Source: Harriotta raleighana (taxonomy: Eukaryota). From it: 64,000 bases of DNA. The stretch is from NCBI GenBank assembly GCA_050575255.1, contig JBNZDD010013633.1, positions 3,275,470 through 3,339,469 of the forward strand. Reading direction: 5' to 3'. Each line of letters starts with the position of its first letter. The stretch's first letter is position 1. The notes under the pieces were generated by a model. It made no database searches. It saw only the letters and a program-made list of their open reading frames with translations, and was not told where the DNA came from. Made by a program: the position numbers and the translations under genes. This document shows, in pieces, positions 37,271-50,710 of the stretch.

Positions 37271-39794
37271 TGTCAATATCTTTATTGAGATTGAGGTAAA
37301 GTCATGGAAAAATGTCAGGCAAAATAAGCAAAAAATGAACAAAACAAAGGTGATGATATGGAAAATATATGAAAAAAAGTCTCAAACACTCCTTTTCCTT
37401 TAAATAGTTGCCAACATTTTTAACCCAAGACATCAAAAATAAATCAAATTTTGGAAAGGTGGAAACATTTCCTGGATGAATGTGGAACAAGATGCATTTA
37501 TCATCCGTGCGATTTATGAATAAGACGTTTGGAAAATGAAAATAATCTCAATGTTTACTTTCTCCACTGTTAAATACATGCTGAGAAAAAGCTTTTGGTT
37601 TGGGATGGGAAAATCAAACACAGCTTGACGCACGCAATGTAAACACTGCAACTGGCAGCTCTGACTCTAACCATGCAGGTTTAGATGGCAGAAGATCAAT
37701 ACCATTTTGTGATTCCAAATGGAATAAAATGTCTTTCTGCCTAATTCTTGCACTCCCTCTCTCCCTCCCTCTATCCACTGCCACTCATGGAAAATGACTG
37801 ATAGATGAAAAATGGAAAATGATAGATGAGAATATTTCAAAAAATCGGGGAAATTCTCCAAATCAAAGCTTGTGTCTGACAGAAACAGATAACATACAAC
37901 TAACAATACTATGACCTATACTGAGGTATTTCTTCTGATATATTCACACGAGACACTGGCCTTGCAAAATCAACTGATTTTGAACGAGAAAACATCAGTG
38001 GAAATGGCAACTTGTGATTGAAAAAACACTTCAAAATGCAAATTGTATATTCGGCAACATGTCTCATTAACATCATGCTAATTCACAAGATCTTGACTTT
38101 AAGTTGATCAGCGTCCTAGGCCAAATTAACCAATGAGATTCCTTTATTGGTTAAGCAGTATCAAGGATGTATGGACTGATGATCATGTGTATATTCTGTA
38201 CTACACTTCAATCAATATCCTGTCGGTATGTTCTACAGTTTTTGAAGTGCCTCATCATGTTGAAATGTCTCAGATTGTTTCACCGTAAGTACCGCCAAGT
38301 GCAGTGACTATTTCTGAAGGCAGCTATTTTGCGCACAGCAAAATTCCATGAACCAATCAATTATACTGAAAGATTTTGAAGTATTGTCACAGGATCTTTA
38401 ATGTCCATCTCAACAAGCAGATGGTGACTTTTGACCCAGAGGCCACCTGTGAAAGACGACATCAATGTCTGGGAAAAGGTGAGATCTTACTTGAGCAGCA
38501 AAGGGAAATAAATCTTCACATGTGGCAAAGAAGCCTTCAGGACATCCGAGGACACAAAGTGCAAGATCAAACTCAGTAATTGCATTGTGCCCATCATATA
38601 ATTCAGGCTTATTCCCACTTGCGGACCGAAAATAAGTAAACATTTAGTGCAAATCTGATAGCTTCACAATCTTCCTGGGCTCCATTCCTATATGTGCTAG
38701 CAACACTAAATTGATTTGAACACTAAATTAATGCATGTATTAACCTTTGCACCAAAGTAATATACATAAATGCTCATGTATTAACCTGTATACAGTACCA
38801 GCATGTGCATAGAAATATATTAATCACCTGTTTACCAGCTTTTAAGCAGGGCTTCCTAACTCTGTAAAATGAAGTAACAAATGCAGCTGTTTTAATACAA
38901 GTGCTAACATGGGGCCGGTGCAAAGAAAAAAAAATTCAAGGCTGGGCAAGGCGCCACTTCCAGAACATTTCAAAGCTGATTTTTAAGAAAAAAAACACAA
39001 CCCGGTACATTACCCAACAAAGGAATTATTCTGCTCTATGTAGCAAATTTGTTGGTGTGGGCTAAATGCTATTCTGGGAAGTTTTATAAATGTGTCCCTT
39101 GGTGCTTATAAATAGCTGTGATGCGATTTTGAATCTATAACTTAATGTTACATTGATAATGTTATTTTTTAAGTTAAAAATGCATTACTGTAATTTATAA
39201 GTGCATAGGGGCAAATTTACGACATTTCCAGAAATGGAGCACACACGTGAAGAAAAATTTAACTATTTAAGATTAACTAGTCGTTAACATTCAGTTTAAG
39301 CATTAGTTTCTTCCAAGACCACAGAAGGTCCATTCATTAGGTGAGAAATGGAAAAGAGTGTGGTCACAGTGTAAATTTAAATAGATGATGTCAGAACATC
39401 CTATCGCCATTGGTGTCAGAAATAGTTAATTTCTCTATTTGTGCTGTTTAGGAACTAGCAAAAACCTGATCTGAGCATGTGTGAGGCTATGAGCATCACT
39501 ATGATATGCATTGATCAAGAAGTTCCACTGACGTCAACAACTTAGAACTTTTCTGCTCTGTTAGCTCACTGTGCAACTCGTGATGTTGTGAACAAAATAA
39601 ATGTATTTATATCGCTGTAATACAATTGTAAACAATAAAGAAATTGAGAGTATAAACAAAAAATTATGCTACAGTTCTTTATTATTTGTACATCATATCC
39701 CGTGCCGATCTGAGAGGTGAAATGCAGGCCCCCTTCATATCGAAAAGAATAAACACAGATGGTTTGCCTCACCTCACAAACTATTAAAACATAT

Positions 39795-40405
39795 GACCTT
39801 TCTCCCTCTTTTCTTCTTCTTCCCTCCCTCCCTTTCACCCCTTCCCTCCCTCTTCTCTCTTATCCCCCTTTCTCCCCATTTCTACCAGATTTTGCCCCCA
39901 ACCATATGTCCCTCCCTTTTCCCCCTTTCTCCCCCCTTTTCCTCCCTGATTTCCCCCTTGCTCCCCCTTTCTCCCCCCCTTTTCCTCCCTGATGTTACCC
40001 CACCTTTCCCGCCGTCTCCCCCCTTACCTTCTTTTCCCTCTTTCTCTCCCAACCCCACTTCCGCGACTGTTTGTGGGACACTGCTGCGCACAATTTGCCT
40101 GCCGCGTTTCGCCCACAAATATACAGTTGGTGTTTCCTGCTCTTCTTCCCCCTACCCCGACCCCTTCCCTTGCCATCTTTCCCCCCTTTCTCCCCTAACC
40201 CCACTGCCATGACTGTTCATGGTACACTGCTATGAGCAATTTGGCTGCCACGTTTCGGCCCCAAATATACAGTCAATTTTTTCCTACTTTCCTTCCCCCG
40301 ACCCTCCCCACCCCACCCCGCTCTGATCCCTACTTGACTGTACAGCGCCTTGGGACGTCCTCCTGATGTGAAGGGGCTACACAAATGTCATTTTGATTGA
40401 TTGAT
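39795..40405 (+). mobile_element. Composite repeat: pyrimidine-rich spacers, tandem SINE-core units, L2 tail
   Basis: SINE core at ~40064-40127 and ~40208-40277; L2 tail at 40340-40405; homologous to 59487-59866(-). Confidence 0.75.
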
Positions 40406-40914
40406 TAAACATTCCCCAATTCTCCATTTGTAATTATCAAACACTGGTCTGGTACCATGGGAAAACCTGTCTCTGCTTTTCCTGGCTTAGAAAAGTATCT
40501 CCTACTACATCAGAGTAACATATTCCACTCCCCGTACCAATCATTGCTGTAGCCTCTGTAACTGAAGTTGCCATCTGGGCTAATATTGTGGAAAGTCATG
40601 TACATTGGGCTCATGTATGTTATTTTAAAACGATTAGCAGCAGTCTCAAGGAACAAGGTAGTCAACTGTATCTAGATTAAGAGTGTGAAACATGTCATTC
40701 AACATTTTTCTCTTGTCAGTTTCTTTCATCTTGGGAAACATATAACACATTTCATTTCATATTTTTAAAAATACTACTGGTCAGCTTTCATTATTTATTC
40801 CTGTTAGCCTTCTGGTGGTACACAGCTTTCCTCAAGCCTGTGGCAACATCACTCTGTTAAGAGCCGGTACAAGACTTTCAGATTAGCTTTGCTTTCTCCT
40901 CAGCCACAAGACTG

Positions 40915-41035
40915 CCATCACACGGCACACAGATCCAGAAGATCCCAGATTCATGTAAATGTTGAGTAAATTGACGGCAGCTGGTCAATAGTGGGGCTGG
41001 TGTCAGTACCTTAGAGGGAGAGGGAACAAACTAGA
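40915..41035 (+). mobile_element. LF-SINE-like 5' fragment
   Basis: ACAGATCCAGAAGATCCCAGATTC..GTTGAGTAAATTGA..AGTGGGG..AGGGAGAGGGAA; weak match to the recalled consensus. Confidence 0.4.
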
Positions 41036-41147
41036 GTTCCAAATGTATACAGTGAACCCTTCCCCACATCAGAATATCCACACCTGTGTAACTTAGGTAA
41101 ATGATACAACTTTGTAGAGCATCATATCTATGCCTTTCCAGATGATA

Positions 41148-41236
41148 AAAAAACAACAGAATTACATTTATACAGCGCCTTTCACATCGAGAGGACATCC
41201 CAAGGTGCTGAACAGTCAGGTCGGGACCCGAGCAAG
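41148..41236 (-). mobile_element. L2 LINE 3' tail
   Basis: AATTACATTTATACAGCGCCTTTCACATCGAGAGGACATCCCAAGGTGCTGAACAG. Confidence 0.8.
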
Positions 41237-42737
41237 AATGGATGAATACAAAACGTTTGAGTGAATGAATGAACCGCACGCACAACATTGTATCAAAATG
41301 ACAGATGTTCTGCTCAGTCCCATTTTAATTAAGAATGTAAACTTTAATCTTCTAGTTGCTTGAATATGACATCGGTCAGATGGTCACAATCAGCTCTGAA
41401 CAGTGGTTTCTAATCTCTTCCTGCATGGAAAACATCTGGCTGCACATTAGCCAAGCCTCAATCTCTATAATATCCTTCTTCCTCAAGAAGTTCTGTCAAT
41501 ACCCTGGAGCAAATCAGGAAAATCATCTTAGGATTTCATTTCCGGAATGGTGAACATCAATGTGAGCAGCTGGAGTCACACAGTGATGTGGAAACAGGTC
41601 TATTACTGCATTGGCTGTGTATGGTGAAGTTTCTCTTCCCTCAAATGCTTACAGCATTGCATTCAAAGCTTGTTTTTAGCTAAACATCCCAAATTGCTGA
41701 TGGTAAAATAACTGTGGAAGTTTCCTCACAACTTTGACTTCCAAGTGCAAGGCTCAATTTAAGAATTTTCTAAAATGTTTTCAAATTTTATGACACTTCA
41801 GGCCTCGGAGACTGGAGAGTCTATAGGATAAATCCCCATTTTTTTTGGATGACCAATTTATTATTGCTTTTTTATTTTATTATTAGGCGTGTGGCTGGAT
41901 GTTGAATCCTAGGAGCTGTAGAGCAGGAAAAAATAGCCATTTCACAATTCTAGTTGTTCTCAGGAGACAAACTTGCACTATAAAAGCAACAATAATAAGC
42001 AGTATTAAATGGTGGTATACGAATAATAGCTGTAAGAGAGACAGCAGAAAGAAAGCATGCAGATTTAGTGGAACGTTACCAAATGATGCCCTGGGGATTT
42101 GGAATGGAAAATTGGGAAAACAGCTATGGTTCAAAGCTGTTGAAGTCAAGTTCAGGCCAGTGGAATGAAGAGTAGCCTAAGACTAAGACTGAGACTTGCC
42201 TTGAGCTTGGCTTGAGCAGTGTAGGAAGCCAAAAATAGAAAGGTCGGACTGAGATCGGAAGGAGGATGTTCCAATAGCGAGTCACAGGGAGGTCACAGGC
42301 ATGTTTTAAACAGAGCAAGGCTGTTTGGAAATGCAATCAGGACTTTGTCTGACCAATATAGGGTCCACAGCACTGTGAGTAGTGATTCTAGTATAGGAGA
42401 GGGGACAGGGTACAGGTAGATTGTTGGCGGGAAAAGAAAGTTCAATGCAGTCTATGCCAGTGGAATAAAGAATAATACTGTAGATAGACACTGCAATGCA
42501 AGACATAAAGGTTAGAAAATAACCATCGGGTGATTAATATATCTCTAGATATCTGAATTAGGAACTACAGTAAAACCTTGTTTATCCGTGATCCGATCAA
42601 CCGGATTGCTCGACCTCCTCCTGGGGCAATTCCCCATTCCAGCAATCGCGAGTTTGCTCACTTTGCACATGCATGCAATGCGTGTGCATGCGCACTTATT
42701 AAACTTACTAACTTGGGTTTTTTACCGATCATAAACG

Positions 42738-42987
42738 AGTGACCTGGGTTTGATTCACGGCAGTGCAAAGTTTGGGCAAGTTTCCTTACTCCACACACCC
42801 CTGTTTACTTGCGGTAAGTAGGAACCCGGTTGTGAGTCAATTGGCAGATTGCTTTTCCAGGAGTAATAATTATTTCAAAAACAAATAATTTAAAAAATAA
42901 CAAATTTGTCACTAAATCCACGACTGTTTGTGGTTCACTGCTGTGTGCTGCATTTCGTCAACGAAATATACAGTCAATTCACTTTAA
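42738..42987 (+). mobile_element. SINE (long variant), 5'-truncated
   Basis: GGGCAAGTTTCCTTACTCCACAC-CCCTGTTTAC..GTAGGAACCC internal segment plus core. Confidence 0.8.
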
Positions 42988-43009
42988 TTCAATTCATGAC
43001 ATCTGTGGT

Positions 43010-43910
43010 CAGGGTTCTCTCTGCTTCCTTCGACACTGTCGACCACTCGATCCTCCTACATCATCAGTTGAATGTCAACAAGACCTCTTGATTGACTCTC
43101 CCCAGCGCCTTCACGCACCAGGCACTGGCAGCACCAACCTTCATGGTTGCACACTCAGCTTTTCCAAGCCAGTCAGAAATCTAGGTGTCTTGTTCGATCT
43201 TTAACTATCTTTCCTCCTCCACATTCAAGCCAGGACCTGCTCTGCCTTCCTTCACCTCTGCAATATTGCCCTACTCCGCAACTACCTCACCCCTCAGGCC
43301 CCTGAAACTCTCATTCATGCCTTCATCACATTCAGGCTTCACTGCACCAATGCCCTGTTTGTGAGTTTTCCCAATTCCTTCCTTAATAGGCGCAGATAAT
43401 CCAGAACTCTGTGGCCCATGTCCTCTATCGCTCCAAGCTCCATGACCTCCATCTTCCCCACTTTCACCCAAATCCATTGTCTGTTCAGCACCCAGAAGAT
43501 TCAGTTCAAGATCCTGGTCCTCATCTTCAAAGCCTCCATGGCCTGGCACCACCCTATCTCTTGATCTCCTAACTCTCTACCAATCTGACCGCCCCCTCCA
43601 CTCAGCGAGCTGCTCCATGTCCCCCAACCCACCTGCCGCATCGACCGGCGAGCCTTGAGCCACACTGCCCCTAACTTCTGGAATTCCATCCTGCAGTCCC
43701 TCCACCTCGCCCGCTCCCTCGCCTCCTTCAAGTCCTGCCTCAATTCTCTTATCTTCGACAGTCCCATCGCTCATCCCAAATCCCCTCCTTTCCCTCCACC
43801 CTTCCCTATCCCGACCCCAACTCAGGTCTGAAACACTTTTTGTCCAGTGCCTTGGGATGTCCTCCTGACGTGAAAGGCGCTATACAAATGTAATTTTGTT
43901 GGTGTTGTTG
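43010..43910 (+). mobile_element. L2 LINE with internal deletion
   Basis: LSASFDTVDHSILL, then PVRNLGVLFD..ETLIHAFIT..FKILVLIFKA; tail GCCTTGGGATGTCCTCCTGACGTGAAAGGCGCTATACAAATG. Confidence 0.9.
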
Positions 43911-43994
43911 TTTATAGTATATTCTGTGGAGAGCTTTGAGTCTGAAAGGCGTGATAAGGTTCTATATCAAATACAAGGACTTATGCAACATGAA

Positions 43995-44072
43995 AACAAC
44001 AACAACAACAACAACATTGCATTTATAGAGCGCGTTTCATGTCAGGAGGACGTCCCAAGGCGCTGGACAGTT
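43995..44072 (-). mobile_element. L2 LINE 3' tail
   Basis: (AAC)nATTGCATTTATAGAGCGCGTTTCATGTCAGGAGGACGTCCCAAGGCGCTGGACA. Confidence 0.85.
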
Positions 44073-44081
44073 GGTTTAAAA

Positions 44082-46844
44082 CAGTATGTTGGTCTTGATC
44101 CTGGTAAAGTTTTAATGATAGTAAAATGTTTGCCTGCATGTTGCAGTACAGTACATGCTTTGAAACAACTTATCAATGTATTCAGGTACTACTATATCAA
44201 ATGCAAGGATTTTTTTTTATTGCATCGTGCAGTAAACCACATAGAACTGTGTTAAGCAGATGTGAAGCTGAAAGGGGAATGGTGGAGGGGGTGGGGTGTT
44301 ATCCAGGTGTCTGACACAGAAAGAAACTCATCAATATGCTTATAGTATCCAAGTCAAATTACTGAGAGTTGCACACATGCATGGAAATTTTTCTTTGTTT
44401 AGAATGGAGGTCACGATAGATCAAATTGCTAACCTCAGCAAAGGAACAGGTCCTTCAAATATTCATCTTGGAAATAGCACCACAGATTTAAACATGCCCT
44501 TGATAATTTTTACACTTGTTAATGAAATTATATTGCACACATAACACAAAAGATTATATTACTTATACAAGTGCTTACTTATACTTTCTTATGTACTTAT
44601 CCCGTGAAGTGCTTCACAATCTGTGTTTTCTGGTCCAGCTGCCTTAGCATATCTGAAATTATTGTTCTGTGTTTTCTTTCTTAATCCCTTTCTCAATCAA
44701 TCGAGAATTTACAAACCTCAACAAACCCCTATCGGAGATAGCTCTTTTCGAGGCTGAAGAGCCTTAGTTTATCTAATCATTCCTGCTAGCTCATCCCTCT
44801 AAGTTTGCATTGCAATCTTGTTGTTTCCCTTACTTACAAAACTCCCCACAACTAAGATTCCCTCCTTTAGATCATCCCTTTACACCCAGATAACACTTTG
44901 TATTCTTAAATCAGCAGCATCTGATTAACACGAACAAGCAAACCTCTTTTCTCCAGGAGTCTACTCAGTTTTAAAGGCTGTTTCTCTCCTGAATGGTAAC
45001 AGTATCCATTATTAACTTCAAAGTTTGCACACTGCAGTATTTCTAGTTTGTGATGAATGTAGTAGAATCAGTAAAACATTTGTTTGGTACTACACAAATA
45101 AATAAAAGCTTGTATATCAACCAGAGGCTGCAGATAAACTGTCAAAAGGAAAATCATTCACTCTCAGACTACAGCCCAAAGGGTAAACTAGCTGCTCAGG
45201 TGATATGGGCGATTACAAGAGCAAAAAACCATTTGAATGAAAAAGGTCCTTTGGCTCATTTGTTCTTTTTCTTCCAGAATATCAACGATCGTATCTTTCT
45301 GCTACAATTATTATTAATTAGTGCCCAGGCCTCACCCATCTTCTTGGGAACCATTCTAGCTGTGTTATTTATCCACTGTGTAAATAAATACACAGTAGAT
45401 AAGCACTCCATGCTGTTACTCGTGTAAAGGGCACTACAAGTTGTTGTTGTAAATAGTTTTTGNCAGTATGTTGGTCTTGATCCTGGTAAAGTTTTAATGA
45501 TAGTAAAATGTTTGCCTGCATGTTGCAGTACAGTACATGCTTTGAAACAACTTATCAATGTATTCAGGTACTACTATATCAAATGCAAGGATTTTTTTTT
45601 ATTGCATCGTGCAGTAAACCACATAGAACTGTGTTAAGCAGATGTGAAGCTGAAAGGGGAATGGTGGAGGGGGTGGGGTGTTATCCAGGTGTCTGACACA
45701 GAAAGAAACTCATCAATATGCTTATAGTATCCAAGTCAAATTACTGAGAGTTGCACACATGCATGGAAATTTTTCTTTGTTTAGAATGGAGGTCACGATA
45801 GATCAAATTGCTAACCTCAGCAAAGGAACAGGTCCTTCAAATATTCATCTTGGAAATAGCACCACAGATTTAAACATGCCCTTGATAATTTTTACACTTG
45901 TTAATGAAATTATATTGCACACATAACACAAAAGATTATATTACTTATACAAGTGCTTACTTATACTTTCTTATGTACTTATCCCGTGAAGTGCTTCACA
46001 ATCTGTGTTTTCTGGTCCAGCTGCCTTAGCATATCTGAAATTATTGTTCTGTGTTTTCTTTCTTAATCCCTTTCTCAATCAATCGAGAATTTACAAACCT
46101 CAACAAACCCCTATCGGAGATAGCTCTTTTCGAGGCTGAAGAGCCTTAGTTTATCTAATCATTCCTGCTAGCTCATCCCTCTAAGTTTGCATTGCAATCT
46201 TGTTGTTTCCCTTACTTACAAAACTCCCCACAACTAAGATTCCCTCCTTTAGATCATCCCTTTACACCCAGATAACACTTTGTATTCTTAAATCAGCAGC
46301 ATCTGATTAACACGAACAAGCAAACCTCTTTTCTCCAGGAGTCTACTCAGTTTTAAAGGCTGTTTCTCTCCTGAATGGTAACAGTATCCATTATTAACTT
46401 CAAAGTTTGCACACTGCAGTATTTCTAGTTTGTGATGAATGTAGTAGAATCAGTAAAACATTTGTTTGGTACTACACAAATAAATAAAAGCTTGTATATC
46501 AACCAGAGGCTGCAGATAAACTGTCAAAAGGAAAATCATTCACTCTCAGACTACAGCCCAAAGGGTAAACTAGCTGCTCAGGTGATATGGGCGATTACAA
46601 GAGCAAAAAACCATTTGAATGAAAAAGGTCCTTTGGCTCATTTGTTCTTTTTCTTCCAGAATATCAACGATCGTATCTTTCTGCTACAATTATTATTAAT
46701 TAGTGCCCAGGCCTCACCCATCTTCTTGGGAACCATTCTAGCTGTGTTATTTATCCACTGTGTAAATAAATACACAGTAGATAAGCACTCCATGCTGTTA
46801 CTCGTGTAAAGGGCACTACAAGTTGTTGTTGTAAATAGTTTTTG
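44082..46844. repeat. ~1.38-kb direct duplication around single N (45463); probable assembly artefact
   Basis: 44082-45462 matches 45464-46844; identical ORFs offset by 1382. Confidence 0.92.
44660..44830 (-). mobile_element. CR1 ORF2 fragment (duplicated at 46042-46212)
   Basis: Reverse translation ..LRGMS*QE*LDKLRLFSLEKSYLR*GFVEVCK resembles the CR1 motif L.GLSYEERL..L.LFSLEKRRLRGDLIEVYK. Confidence 0.7.
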
Positions 46845-47514
46845 ATGTCTCCCTAAAATTGCCCTTTGCAAGCTTGAATCTCTGCTCAGTTGTCTTGGTG
46901 TATCTAAAACTATTCTCTCTCTATTTCATCAACCGTCTAATATATGACACGGAGGGGGTTCACTGAGATATATCTTGTAAAGCTGAAATCTATAAAGTTT
47001 ATCCAGTCATTCTTCATACTTCCACTCTCATTGGGGATTTATCTTATTGCTCTCTTTTATACTGTCTCCAGAACCTAGACAGACACTTATATTTCTGATA
47101 CGAGGACTGCCTCTTGTACTCTTGGTTCAAGCTGCCAAATCACTGTGCAACTTTAATATGACTAACTTATTTGGATCTGAATTCAACTAATTTGAATTAG
47201 GCCTCAGCTTCATCCCCTTACGCCCCCACCTCAATGAATTTTGATAAGCTGCTCAACTAATTTGATACCAGCCTACTATTTACCTTAATAATTGGTGCTC
47301 CATATTGTTTGGCACATGGTGACCAAAGAGTCAATTTATATCCATGAATATGTTTAATAATTGCTATGGCACAAAGATACAGAGTTATGCAATGGAGTGA
47401 CAACAATGGAGGCCGGAGATGAAGGAAAGGATCCACAGTCATAATTTGCCACACAGTGAATGCGTGCTGGCAGGAGATGCAATGCTATATAGATTTACAT
47501 AAACTGTGCAGCAC

Positions 47515-47790
47515 AGAAACAACAAGCTTCACTTGTATAGCGCCCTCCACATAGGGTAACATCTCAGAGCGTTGAACAGTAGCAGAGCCTGACTCTGAGC
47601 CAAGCAGCAGTGGGGTGACCATAAGCAAACAAAGATTTTCAAGTCGAACTTGAAACAGGAGAAAGAGGGACAAGGTGGCGGGCTTGAGGGTGGGTATTCC
47701 AGAGTATAAGAGCCTAGTGGCTGAATGCAGGACCTCCAATGGTGGAGTGGAGGGTGCAAGACACAAGCAGGAGGCTGGGACCAGTCAAGC
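47515..47790 (-). mobile_element. L2 LINE 3' fragment
   Basis: CTTGTATAGCGCCCTCCAC..TCTCAGAGCGTTGAACAGT..AGAGCCTGACTC. Confidence 0.7.
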
Positions 47791-48375
47791 AGAGACCCCA
47801 GTTGCAACAGGCCATTTGGCCAAACTAGTACATGCTAATGTTTACATTCCACATGAGTCTCCACCAACCAGTTACTGCCTCCCATGCCCTACCAATCCCT
47901 TCTTCTTCATATGCATATCTAGCTTCCTCGTAAATGCATATAACAGAGAAGGAAAGTGGGTCAACCAGGCTTCTTGAAAGTGCCTCCCACTGACTTTCCC
48001 CTTACATTATTGACAGTTTTTGCCCAACCTTCATTGGCAGTTTGCTGCCTGTCTGCCCTACTCTTTCAGTCATGGAGAAATGGATGGGGGCATGGGAGTG
48101 GTTAAAAAGAGCTATCGTTAAGTTTCAGATCAGATTTTATCTGAAGCAAAACATCCAGATTTGAGTTTAATGTGTAAAACATTTTTCACTTTTATTTTTG
48201 CCCATATTTCAAAATACTATCAAATAAGATGTTGTCTTCAAAAAAAGAGACAGTAAATTACTTCCCAGAATGGCAAAGCAAAGTGTATCTATTTGAGGAC
48301 TAAGGGAGGAAAATACAATGGTCTGTAGTGGATTTGATAGGATCCCAAAAATTTCTACTATCGAATAGGTTAGGA

Positions 48376-48690
48376 AATAATAATAAATCTTGCATTTGAT
48401 ACAGCGTCTTATCACGTCTTCAAGATGTCTCAAAGTGCTTCATAGGGCACACTGAAAAGTGTTTTGTGGGCAGAACACAGCAGCCAATTGGACACAGCAG
48501 TGCTCACACACAGTCATGGATTAAATGACTAATTTATTATTATTTTTTGGAGGGATTAATGCACCCAAAATGATCCACCAATTGACTAACAACTGGGTTC
48601 CTACTTACTGTAAGGTAAACAGAGGTATGTGTGTGTGTGTTTGTGTGCGCACACGCATGTGTGTGTGTAGAGTAAGGAAACTTGCATAAG
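48376..48690 (-). mobile_element. SINE (long variant) with internal (TG)n
   Basis: Tail, core, CTGGGTTCCTACTTACTG..GGTAAACAGAGG, AGTAAGGAAACTTG. Confidence 0.82.
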
Positions 48691-50489
48691 CCTGTCCAGA
48701 AATATTGCAATTTTTAACCCCACCAATGTTTCATTCACTCAGTGTGAGTTGTGTTCCAGGAGCTGACATTGACTTTCACTGACCTTTCCTTTCTCATTTC
48801 CTAAACTAACAAGGTTCGAATGTAAACCCCTTTGGTGTTTTGACTTGAACATGATAATTATACTTTGGCTTCCTGTCACTCTAATATCATGCCTGATTGG
48901 TCCAGGCAAGCGTGCACAATGTTGAAACATCTGCAAAAAAAAACTTTTTGAGGTATCAGGCAAGCACAGCATTTAGATGTAAAAACAGTGTCGTTGTGGT
49001 CGCCCCACCTGTCCCCAGAAATAACAAAAGATCCTGAGCTGGAGCACAGCAATAAAATCTCACATGGTGATGTTGGTCTTTGTTTAATCATTGCCTGAAA
49101 AATTACACATTTATGTTGCTCCCAAAAAGGCTGTTGCTGGGAACTACAGGAGAAAGGTAGGCACCATAGAAGGAGCATCTGTTCCAACGGCCCCGATTCT
49201 CTTATTGTTATTCCTGTAGGGAACTGAACAAGAGAAGGTGTGTAGAATCAGCCATGCAATAACCTTAGCTCAAATTTCCTTCCTTCCACCCCTTGTCCCA
49301 CAACTTTCCACAGCGGATAACCTCATTTTCAATAAAAGCTTCATTACTCTGAGATCCACAAATCGGTATAATGGGAGCTCATGGACGCAAACGTATTGTC
49401 CATCCACTTTGCGGCACTGCAGGTCAGAGGAGCAATGCTATCTCACACACTATTTCAGAGCCCTTAATATGGCCTTAATATAGTTGAAAGGAAATAATAA
49501 TAATCCTGGGCTTTGATAAATGTGAAAACAAGAATATTTAGTCCACAAGATCTCCTAAATATGAAGTAAAGGATTGGTGAGTCAAGCACAGAATCAATGT
49601 CATTTATTGAAATGCAAATGGTTTATTCAAATGAACTGAAAGATTTGTGGAACCTCAGCTATATTCTATGGCAGTCGGTCAGTGGCACAGGCTGATAACT
49701 TTGGTCAGAACTTTGGTGGTTAGGATTACAAACCATTCAATATCCATGATTGTATTGCTCATGTGTTTATACTGTGCCTTTCAACAACATTTCATATGTA
49801 TTGGGACTAAGCAGTGTGACTTAGAAACAATTGTACTGGAGCTTAATTTCCATGATCAGCTTGATGGTTTCACCAGCAGGCAGATGAGCTTCACCACATT
49901 GTAAATGGAGGTGATGGAAATCGATTATTAGCTCAGCTCAAAATTGGTACCACAAACCTTGCTTAGCAGCCCAAAGGGAAGGCTCAGGAGCTTTCGAGGG
50001 CCGTCTTGAATGCAGATTTTTAAGAGTTCATCTCATGGCCAACTCTCATAGAAACCTTAAGGAAAGAATACCCACTATTAAGTTGTTATCGAGTATTAGA
50101 TTTTAGGTTTTCAACATGCATTGGGATAAGAGTCAAGAATCATGAATCAGATAACATAAGAGTACTGCACTTCATTTCAATAATATAAATAGAACACAGA
50201 TTGGCAAAATCTGAAAATTAATTTATTTGAGGCTCCAGTTTATGAGAGGAAACAACACAGACTCTTGAAACATGTGGAAATTTGACCAAAGATCAGAAAA
50301 GAATAACATAAAATGGTCATGCACCATGTATTACTTGATTAAAAATCTACATGCTACTGAAAAACTTTCTTCGTCTGTACCTCTATCATGAACTCGTGAA
50401 TTAAACCCAAGTTCAGTTAGTGAAAGAACAGGGCAGCTCCTAACCAGCCCATATGAGGGAATTGTATTGTAAGGAGTTGCATTTAAATT

Positions 50490-50710
50490 AAAATAATAAT
50501 GTGGCAACTCAATCCATGACTGTTTGTGGGACACTGCTGTATGCAAATGACTGCTACGTTTTTGCCCACTAAATATACAGTCATTTCACTTCACAGCATA
50601 TTCTGTGAAGCGAAATGACTGTGTATTTAGTGGGCAAAAACTAAATATAGCATGGTTTCGTTTATAAAGCATGGTAAGGTACTATATAAAACACAAAGAT
50701 TATTATTAGA
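50490..50710 (+). mobile_element. SINE 3' half with internal fold-back palindrome
   Basis: Core ATCCATGACTGTTTGTGGGACACTGCTG; inverted repeat at 50559-50640. Confidence 0.8.

Noticed and set aside
39793-40212. Pro/Phe-rich ORFs
   Set aside because: Translation of CT-rich low-complexity sequence.
44082-46844. 1.38-kb tandem duplication
   Set aside because: Same single-N overlap artefact signature.
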